Assembly (NCBI GenBank): GCA_002269645.1
Contig: NIVC01002148.1
Location: forward strand, 48,676-80,310
DNA: 31,635 nt
Source: Macrostomum lignano
Taxonomy: Eukaryota
Reading direction: 5' to 3'
Shown here: in pieces, positions 10,400 through 20,665 of the stretch
Layout: each line of letters starts with the position of its first letter
Numbering within the stretch: the stretch's first letter is position 1
Position numbers and translations under genes: made by a program
The notes under the pieces: generated by a model
What the model was told of the DNA's origin: nothing
What the model saw: the letters and a program-made list of their open reading frames with translations, nothing else
Databases searched by the model: none

Positions 10400-12849
10400 T
10401 GGCGCAATAAAGCTTCAAAAATTTATAAAGTTTTATTTCTTTTATCAGCCTTTTTATCGGCTTGTCTATATTTACTAATCTATATTCGTGATCTGCAATA
10501 TTACTTAATTACCTTCAGTCCACCACTATTATAATAATAAATAAGCGCCGTGCAGTCGGTACTTTAATTTTACATTTTTCCATTTTTAAAATTGTATTGA
10601 AGCACGAAACAGTTAAAATCGATTTTTATTTCTCGAGTCTCCGGTTTACAGTCTTTGCCTTTTTCGGTACTTTTGCTAGTCAAGCCAGTTTATGGCAGGT
10701 TTTTAAACCGTTGAAACTTTTTCCAGTCTCTGGTTTACAGTTTGTGGTTTTCTCGCGGTAGGTTTGTCAGTCAAACCATCTTTGCAATTACCAGTTTATT
10801 AACCATAACTCATAATTGCAATATCCTTTAAGCTCCCTCCAAGCTTTTGCCGTTATCTATGCACTAATAGGTGGCAGAGTTATTAAGTGTTGCTTAACTG
10901 ATTATGGCTGTGGATAATTTATGCTACTAATTTTTTTATCATCATAACTTTTCCATATCTTCTCAGCTATTCGCAAAATATTTATATGCATATTAACAAT
11001 CACCAATACATCGATATATGAGGTTAACGCTATCCCCATCTGGATATGTCTACCGGCCTGTGTGGCTACGCTTATTGCGCGTCTGAAAAGAAGCTTCAAC
11101 AGAGTCTAATATTGATGTCTTGAATTTTACTTTTTAAGCAACAGTATTACTGTTGGTAGTACTACAGTAGCAGTAGTACTTCGCCCCTTCAACTGCACAC
11201 ACTTGTGCTTGCTGACCAACGTCAGCAAATGCATTCCGTTGGAATGAGGTTCTTCCCAGCTGCTTCACAAGGATGTAGTGAATGCATGTTCGTCCGTGGA
11301 ATGTCCAAGATGTCTTCGAGCTATCGTAGATTCACTCTTAGATCTGCACCCACCCAGCAGTGTCTGTTGAGCACGATGACGCACGCGCTTTTTTTCTATT
11401 GCTGAAGTTCTATCATAGCTCGTATTATATAAATATCGGCTTGCGAGCTTCACCCTCTAGAGTTTTCTAGTGCTCAACAAACTGTGACATGTATATAGTA
11501 GTCTCAGAAGGAATTTAATTGAATTACTACACATTTCATAGTATCTTGAAACTGTTGCTCAACTTGATCCAGCTCGTCTAGAAAATTCTGTCGACCTGTG
11601 GCTTCTTACCGAAAGAGTGCGTCATAGAATGCATTGAGCAGCTTCATTTTATGCGCTAGTCGTGTTCTGTAGTGGCTGCACCGCATGCTTTGAGCCGCTG
11701 CTCCGCCTAATGATTGATGGTCACGACTTCGTATTGAAAAAACGTTCGAGACGTCCTCACCAAGATGAAGGTCTCAAGGTCACCACATCAGGCCCTTGTC
11801 GAAAGCCATGGCAACATGGCAATGCCTTCGCATACGTAGGGATCCCTCAGTGAAGTTACGGATGCACGGACTTCTCTACTAAGTCAGTGCACTGTATGTC
11901 ACCCACATATAGTGGGGTGTGGCTACGCGTTGGAATGGTGCACTTTGATGTATTGACGACTGTGACGATATGGGGGAGTGGGGAGTAAGCGCGTGCTCTC
12001 AGCAATAAGCTCAAAGGGGAGTTATATAGTAATGAATTTATCACAGTTTAAACTCGTTTCACCTTTTATTGCCTCAGCTCGGATAATCATGCAGGTGCAG
12101 CGGTGGCAATTTGAGATGGTGTTGAGCCTATCGTAGGGTAGATGGGTACGGGTGGCTCGGCAGATGCTACTGTTCTGTTGCACAGAGGAAAGAGAAATCA
12201 GAGAACAAGCCTATAGGGCTGTTTACGCAGGTTTGTGCCAGACGTGCACTGTAAGAACAAAGAGCTGGAATATTGTTACTCCGCTCGCTGGGCGGAGGGG
12301 TTTTATTTTAGCATTAAAAACTGGACCGCAACACTGTGTTCCCCATAGTTCGCATATTTGTGCTTCTATTTATTTTGGCCTCAACCGACCGCCGAGTAAG
12401 TTTATGGTGGCCCTGAAAAGGGCCGTTTGAATTTCCAGTCACCTCTTAATACACAACAGCTAGTCTGCAGCTGGTGCAGTCGGTGCAGCCGGTCCCGCAT
12501 TATCTTCAGCTCAAAACGCCGCAGGACCATGCAGACGAAACACGCGGAAGTGATGCTGAATCGGATGATATCCGTGTAGATCCACTGGACCGTCTGTGGA
12601 GTCGAGAGCTCCCATGCAGGTAGGCGCAATGTCTCTCATTTGTGCAGAGCATCGCTTAGCGCACCCGATGACATTGACAACATATGCTTGGTCCAGCGTA
12701 GATCATGCGCGAGCGTTACGACTCGTACAGTTCAAGGACTGCTGAAAAAATCTATATACCTACTTACCTACTTCAAGTAATCTACTTAACTAGTCCTTAA
12801 TTAAAGCGTTTCACCTAGGCATTTTGTTTCTTGTGGGATGTCCTTTCTA

Positions 12850-13510
12850 TAGATGGTGTCTCGCATGCTCCACCACTTCCGCTTTCTGGTGAAAAAAATG
12901 GCCACCATCGTCTTGGCGGTTGCTAATTTATAGTTAGGCAATGTTGGGTAGCCCATTGCTCCTTATGGGCGAACTGCTGCATCAGGTTCCGGAGAAAGCT
13001 GGTGTCAGGGCCACTGAAAAAAGCTACGACATCCGCGTAACCGCACGGCTCTGATGATGCTGCTGGGGGCGTCAATTGTCAGGAGTTCGTCGTCGATCAC
13101 AAGATTCCAGATCAGTTAGGTGAGCACCCGCCTTTGGTTCCGCCCTTCATCACCGTGTGGTTTCAGCATCCACATTGAGCTGTCACCGTTCTGTTTCGGA
13201 TCATAAAGTGGATGATCCATCGCACAACACTTGGTCTGACCTTTTTCTCTTTCCTTTCCCTTTCTCTTTCCTCTTTCCTCTTTCTCTTTCTCTTTTCCCT
13301 GTTTCTCTTTCCCTTGAAAGGGAATCTCTGAAAGAGACAAATTTTGACACTATCAAAAGGCCCCTTCGATGTCACAGAAAAACCCACAGGCGACCTGTTT
13401 GTTAAGGATGGCTTTCTCAATGACTGAGGTTATAACATGCAGCGCGTGCTCGGTGGTTTTACCTGGTTGAAAGGCAAACTGGTGCCTAATTATGTTGTGA
13501 CTCGACCTAA
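12850..13510 (-). mobile_element. Decayed non-LTR retrotransposon RT domain
   Basis: QFAFQPGKTTEHAL..FFCDIEGAF(D) (ORF 13353..13610). A degenerate PQGGVLSP/IWNLVIDDELL lies at ~13075-13130, followed by a GYAD-like motif and KTMVAIFFTRKRK at ~12880-13050; these are readable only across frameshifts. Confidence 0.8.
13240..13315. repeat. CT-rich low-complexity tract inside the RT remnant
   Basis: Near-pure pyrimidine run of TTTC/TTCC/CTCT units. Confidence 0.8.
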
Positions 13511-13994
13511 TCGAAACTATAACTACATGTAGTTGGACTCTCCCAGCGAGTGGGCAACGAGATCGCCTCAGTCTGCTGCCGGACCTGGGCTGACTTCGGT
13601 AACTGAGCATATGAGCGTAACGTCGCGTCTAGAGACTTGAGCAGTTCGTCCCTAATCCCCCCAGATTCATGCAGTGTCCACTGTGAAAGCGTCTCCCACC
13701 GAAGAAACAAATAATACTGACTAATTGTTGTCCTTTGGCTATAGTTGGCTGTGTCGTTGAAACCAAACTCAGAACCGCGCTCTTTCTCACTCACCGCCAA
13801 CTCATTTATAACAATATTTCATTCACACGCACCCCAAAAAATCTCTAGGGTCAGAGATTGGGGCTAAAAAATCCTTCTAGCTGACTGCCGATTGGCCGAT
13901 AAAAACGCACGCACATATCAAATTTGGGAACAGAGGCTACAAGTATTTGGGGGTCGGGTCGCGTGGGCGATCAGTCCAGCCAACAGAGCTGGGT

Positions 13995-14264
13995 ATGCTG
14001 GGTATGCGGCGACTCCAGCTGGCAGGCCGCATCATCCGCACCGAGTCGTAGTGCCCACAGCCGGTGCGAGAGGTGCTGCTGCTAACTCTGCAGGCACCCT
14101 AACGGCGGGGGCAGGCGCGCACTTGGCGTTTCGTCGACTGCCTGCTGGCTGACGCCGGCGCCGTGGATTCGGCCGGCGGCGTGGCGCTCATTCGCAACCT
14201 GGCCTTGAAGCGCACGCTGTGATGCTAACTGCGTATTCGGTTGTTGTTGTTGTTGTTGTTGTTG
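13995..14264 (+). mobile_element. 3' end fragment of a LINE (probably RTE-related) with a (TTG)8 tail
   Basis: Hand translation MRRLQLAGRIIRTES*CPQPVREVLLLTLQAP*RRGQARTWRFVDCLLADAG..ALKRTL* (TGA 14220-22) is homologous to the C-terminus of the next element. (TTG)8 at 14241-14264. Confidence 0.75.
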
Positions 14265-15496
14265 GAGCAGACGGTCCCGCTGATGGGGCAAGCGAAGAAA
14301 TCGCTGCCTGTCTGGCAGAGCGACCCGACCATCAGGCAGTCGCGGCTCAACATCGAGCGACTCCGCAGAAACCGGCGGCTCGGGGGCGACGCTGAAGACG
14401 CGTTTGAGCGAGCAAGCCGCTATCGACAACGCCGTCAGGTCCATCACTGCAGCCGGCCCTGACGTAAAGAGCCGCACAGTGTGGACGGCCGTCCGGACTC
14501 TGACGGGGAGCAAAAAGCGCGTGGCGCTGAATCTGGCCGGCGACACCCCGGAGGAGCGCAGGAATGAATTGCGAACTTCTTTGCCGGCATCGTGAACGCA
14601 CCCGCCTGGACCGTCGCGCACATCGTGCCGATGACAAAGAAGGCAAGAAAAACGCGGAAAGAAGACCACCGCAGGATCTCGCTGATGTCAGGCACCGCGA
14701 AGCTCTTCAACCGGCTGCTGCTCGATCGTCTGCAGTCAGTGCTGGACCCGTACCTGCGGTACGAGCTGAACGGATTCCGGACCCAACGCGGTATAGTGAC
14801 AGTGGTACAGGGCACTCGGCCGTGTCATCAAGGATCCACGCCAGAACGACAGGTTCGTTGAGGTGGCATCGAGCGTCGGTCTCGTTATCAACACGCTGAA
14901 AACCGAGGTGCTGACTGTGCTGGCCGACATCCCAGCAGACCTGACATGCCGCGGCGCAGACGGGCAGACGACCAAGCTCGCACGCTGCCAGCGGTTCACC
15001 TACCTCGGCGGTCTGGTGCCTCACGTGGAGGAAGCCCTCCGGCTTGACTGTTGCAGGCAGTGTTCGAAACCGTCCTGCTCTACAACGCCGAGACGTGAAC
15101 GCTGACGGCTACGCTGGAGCGGCAGACTCAGCGCACTCAGGGCTGCTCCGCGCGGTCTTTCGAGCTGACGAGAGCGTCGGGACCGAGGCCCTGAGCGATC
15201 GGGCCAAGCTGCAGCGCCCGTACATCATCCTGCGCTGGCGGCGACTTTATCTGGTGGGCCACGTGATCCGGGCTGAGGGCTACTGCCCCTATCTGTTCAG
15301 GACGTCTTGCTGCTCACCATGCAGGGCCCGCTCAGGCGGGTCAGGCCCAAACCCGTCGATACGTGGACTGCCTCCTACGCGACGCCGGGGTGCCCGACAC
15401 TGCCAACGGGGTGGACTTCGTCCACTCTCAGGCTCTGCGGCGCGCCATCTGACGCACCCTGCTCTGTGACTTTGATTGCGGGACCGCGTGTTTTGT

Positions 15497-15530
<34 letters not shown>

Positions 15531-15539
15531 ATTGTTGTT
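14265..15539 (+). mobile_element. 5'-truncated, internally deleted LINE (probably RTE-related) with a (TTG)n tail
   Basis: AHIVPMTKK..DHRRISLMSGTAKLFNRLLLDRLQSVLDPYLRYELNGFR (RT N-terminus), VGLVINTLKTE..FTYLG, WRRLYLVGHVIR, stop TGA 15450-52. The central YADD region is missing. Imperfect (TTG)n at 15493-15539. Confidence 0.88.
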
Positions 15540-18500
15540 AAAGTTTTGGAGGGTTTATAGGTGTCGGCAGCAGCTGCACCCAAGGTGCTGCGTGGGGCAT
15601 TACGTACTCGAAAGGGTGCCGCGGTCTCTCGGTCGGTGGCCGGAATGATTTGCTCAGGGTACTCGCCAATAGGAAAGCTTGATGAGAAGAGCAGCTTGAG
15701 AGTCCTAAGTGGTTGTGGCATAGTTTCCATCTATGCACATGTAGGAGAGAGTTGCACTGGACGAGGATAACAGCTGGTTGTAGCATAAAATTATGCCAGT
15801 CATTATCAGCTAAGCAATCCACTCATATAACCTGCCCCATTAATTATTGCATATATAGGGGCTAAAGCTAGAGGATAGTTCAAAGGATATTGCATAGTAA
15901 TGGGTTAATCAACTAGTAATAACTGCTATAAACTGCAGCTTGACTTTTGGACCTCCCGAAAAAACAGTTCTTGAATATTGATAAAAACGCAAACTGTAAA
16001 CCAGCAACTAACGAAACGAAATTGAAAAAAGGATAAAAATTCTTGGGCTGGCGACAGCTGAAGTCAGTCTGTGCGCTTCATCACTTATCGATTTTTCTTG
16101 TTTCACTGCCCTGCTAGAGGGGCTGGTGGACTGGCGGACCAACTGGATCAAAGGTCGCAGCTCATGACAACTACTCAGGATCAAGTGAGAATGCCAATGT
16201 AGTGAGTCGCTAGTTTAGTTAGGCGCCGCACTAGTCAGCTGTTGCCCTCGCCCTCGCCCCAGGCTTCTGTCTGCCGCTGGGCAGTTGCCTGTCCCTCCCG
16301 TCTGTCCTCTGGCCTGTCCTCTGCCCGTTTGCCTGTCTGTCTGTTTGTCCTCGTCTGCCCCTTTTGTTTCGTTTTCCCTTTTTGCAGTGCCCAGACAGCT
16401 TGGTCTGGCCTGTCTCTGTTTCGTTCTCTGTTTGGCATCTCCAAATTTGGAGTGCCGTTCTGTTTTCCGGTCTCACGGGCACGAGTGCCTTCACTTGTGG
16501 GCCTTTTCCCCTTGTCATGTGAGCCAGTCACATGACAAGGCCTTCTTCCTTCTTTAGTCGAAAGTGCAATGATTTCATCATTGTACGCCGGGCTCGTGTT
16601 TATGGGGAGATCACGTGCGCCCGGACCCCTGCCTCCTCTGAGGCAGAACCCGCTTGTTTGTTGCTAAAAAAAGTAACAGAGTCACTCTTGACTCTCAGCG
16701 GGGATCTTTCGTGGTATGGTGCAATCGATCCTCCCTATAAAGGCAGCCCCTCTCTTGGCTTGGCTCAGTCAACCGGCTTTCTCTCCTGTTTTCGAGCCCG
16801 AGATTTTCTCAGTTCAAGCCTCTAAGTTTGTGTGCCAAGTTTGCGCTTAAGTTGAACTCCAAGACTCCCGACTTTGCGTGTGCCTGCTTCCGTTGCTCCT
16901 GCTATCAATTAGCAGGCCAGCTCAGATCGCCCGAAGCTAGCACTTTCGCTCTCACCCCGCACCAGCCCGGCAGGGACTGCTGACGCCTGACGGTGGGCAC
17001 CTCTGCGCCAGAACTGCTAAATCTGCACGAAGTGCGAGTCTCTTTCTCTCGTCTTAGTTATTTGCTTCTCCAAGCTCAGCACCTCACCGAAGGCTGCGAC
17101 TCTGCGAAGCTGGTGGCAGCACTACCAACGCTACTAGATCAACCGGAGACTTCCCAGAAGAGCTCAAGGTAGGCAGCTCACGTGACTGATTGGGAAGCAA
17201 AGAGTAACAAATACTTCACCAAAGGATAACAATTTCTGCACTCTGAACCCTGCTGGTAGTCAAAGCTTAAATGTCATCCAGCAGTTGAGTTGCGATAACG
17301 TTATTGATAATATCATAAAAGCTGAGTTTTATTCTAGCATAAATGTACATCTTGGGTTGTTGCACGCGGTCAATAATTCATGTACGCAGTGAGACGGTAA
17401 AACTTTTTGCATGCGTTCTGTAGCCTTTACATATAAGTAAATGTTTTATTACACCATTATTTTGCCGTTAAAAACCATGCCTTATATTCGTAATCCATTG
17501 CACAACTTACTCTTTTGTAAAAAAACTTATATACTCGTACAACTATTTCTTTTATGTATATACTAAATCATTTATTATTCGCTGTTTCCAGTATAATGCA
17601 CATCCAATAATAAATTTATCTTAATACGCTCGTACAGTACGTGCGCCATTAGACCAAAAATACGTTCAGTTAGGGACGTACAGACTCTCCCCCAAACACC
17701 TGCCTATCCCCCGGTTGAACAAGCGTGTGTCTTCCCCCGTCCCCCTTCTCCAGACGTTCACCCAGGTGTACTGCCTTATCCCCAATCTAGACGTTTTGTC
17801 TATCCCCTGGCATTTGCCTATCCCTTTACTCGTACCCCTTTTAAACACACCTTTATCCATTAGGCGCCTTGCCTCCTTATTTCCTCTGGTATTCTGCCAT
17901 TCCCCATCCCCAAGTCCTTTCCCCCATCATAATGATGGGTTTCGGCCTTTTCGGCCCCTTTCGGGAAGCCTTCGGGCCTCAGGTCTCAGAAATAAATCAA
18001 TTAGAGTCCTGGCCCCCCACTCCTGTCAGATGGTCAGCCCCATGGTAGCTTGATCGTGTGGCGAGCAGTCTTATAGGTCCTATAGCTAAGAGAGGGACAG
18101 CGAGCGAGAGACGAGCAGGGAGAATTTTAAAGGTAGCGATCAGCTAATCCGCAGATCAGCTAACTTGCTGCCACCAGCCCGTGCGTCCTGGCTCACCAAC
18201 CGGAACTTCGAAATCGGGCTTCCGACTAGAGGGGCTAGCACTTACCTGCCAACTAGTGTCTTTTTGCTGTCAATCTCGAAGTCATAGCCGATGATAAGGG
18301 ACACTGCTGGGACTAGATCGCATTGTCCATGCAGGTACAGAGGGGACTTGTGCAGGGGATTCTTGCAGTGGCGAGACTATGGGGTAGCTACATGTACTAT
18401 TCCATTGCTAAATACGAGGAATTGTACTTTTGGCCTTCAACGCGCCAACTAGCCTCTCATAGCGCTGATGATAGGCTAACTCGAACATCGGAGACCGCAT

Positions 18501-20665
18501 GATTCATTACCCGAGCCGCTTGGCGAACCTAGAGTGCACAAAGTACATCTCTGGCGCCGATTTTGCACTATTGGCAATTTTGCTCACTGATTTGATGGAT
18601 TGATCGACTGAGAACCGCCTTGCCATTGGTCCACTGTGACCGGCGCCTACTAGCTTAGCTACTCATCTGAGCCATCGGCGAACAAAGAAATAAAACCGAT
18701 AAAAATAACTGTCAGATTTAACCTTCTCACTGATTCAATTCACACTTCAGATTGATTTGGAGTTTCGGACTACTAACAGTATTATTGACTGATCTCTGCC
18801 TCAATAACAGCACTACTGAACAAAATGAGCAAAATTGTGCGCCTAATCCAGCTACTGAAACAGGGGACAGATAAGGAATCACCCAATCAAGCAAGTCTAG
18901 GTAGCCTCTCACCCAACCAATCAGAAACTCAACAGCCGGAGACCAGGTAATCCACAGTGACCGAATCGGCTTAGTGCTACGCAGCTGTAGACCCGGGATG
19001 ATGCTGATGTCACAACCTTCGCAGATAGCTAGCAGGTGATGATCTTAACCTTGATGTTCGCTGCTGACGACCGGGGGAATTCGTCCTTGATGATGATGGG
19101 GGGGAGTCGCGATCCGGGGATCAAGAGACGACGGTCGAGCTCCGGGAGGTCTAAGTTAGGCCAAAGTCCTAGGAGGTTACCGGGGTTTGAGGTCCGAGCG
19201 GGCCAAAAACACCGGTTTAAATAGCCGCCAACTGGACCGCAATTTGTTATAATGCAACACCTTGACGCTGATTGGCTGAGCCGATTTGTTATAACTGACG
19301 TCGAATTTTCTGATTGGCTGAGCTTGTTGCCACCCAAACTCACGTGACCAGAAGATCTTATCAGTTCCCTCATGGCCATAAAAATACGACAGGTGCGGTC
19401 ATAAATCACTCAAAATCGCTATATAATGATTTATGACCTTTCGCGTAGGAATGACAAAAATTAATGAAAAAATATGCATTAGAAAGATCTTATTAAGTAG
19501 AAAGTGAAGAGAAATCGCTAATCGCTAATCCGAAAGTACTTTTAGGAGTAAAACGCATAGCTGTCAAAGCTGTCAAACGCCTGAGTGAACACGAACAATA
19601 GGCCCTTACCTCATAAATCTGATGGCCTGTCAAAAATGATGAGAAAAAAGCTACCGCCCGCATCCTCTGGCGCCAGCCTCAGCATTGAGTGAGGCGCAGG
19701 TGGCTGTCAGACGTGCTCAAAAGCAATGATTCATGACCCCAAAAGCAGCAAAACACCGCGCCTATTTTATTATAACTACAAGTATGGCCGATTCATATGG
19801 CTACAAAAGTCCTACTAGTATGAAGTCTAGAAAAGTTACATAAAAAGAAGAAAAATGCTCATAGCCTGCTGTTAGTAGGCTAGCAAGTTTGGAACCCATG
19901 TGCGAGCGTGAAATTTGGAAAAAAGTGCGTCCTCATCAATAACTTGATAGTATCGATTTATTCCCCCAGCCCAAAAGGTCCGTAACAAATTGGTGACTCA
20001 GCGGTGGAATTCCATTTATACTCCCCATAACCCTATAACAAATCGGTGACAGCTGTAAGATTAATAAATTCAATATTTCCCCCAGAACTTTCCCCTATAA
20101 CAGTAGAAGCATTCACTTTTAGAAGCTCACAAGTATATAAATCGCTAACTTGGCCAGTTTGGGTATCGCTCATTGCCGCTCACTTTATATGTATATCGTG
20201 ATTACTCTTTGCAGGAGCCCAGAAACAATGCAAAAAAACTGCGAGCATGTTATAAGACGCTGCGTGAGGGGTAGAAATGGGAGCTGCCGTGTGTAAAAAC
20301 TGTGTCCTTGGACCGTTCGCAAGCTGAGCGACGTAAATAGCCTACCAGTGAAGTATGCTTGCTTCGCTTGATTCGCTTGAGCCAGAGAAAGAGTTGCTCG
20401 CATAAAACTCAAGTGTCGGCTCTCTCGGCGAGAAAATCACGTCTTTTATTCATCAGAAAGCAAGAAAATCTTTTCCTCGTGAGATTTTCTTGCCGAGCAA
20501 ATCTTGCTCGAGAGAAACTTGCAAGAAACTCGCAGTTTTTTATTCTTATAAACGCAAGAAATTCTTGGATTTCTTGCAAGAAAAAAATTTCTTTTTTTTA
20601 TTCATACGGCTCTATACGTGGCGCTTATTGAGTTCCTGTTGGATACTGAAATCGCCGGCTGTAGC

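Noticed and set aside
11205-12700. Short ORFs between 11.2 and 12.7 kb
   Set aside because: All are under 100 aa with no recognisable motif or consistent splice chain; left unannotated.
16198-17231. Solo LTR
   Set aside because: It has a TG start and a TATA-like box, but no matching CA end with a TSD and no AATAAA; ORFs 16231-16557 are low-complexity artefacts.
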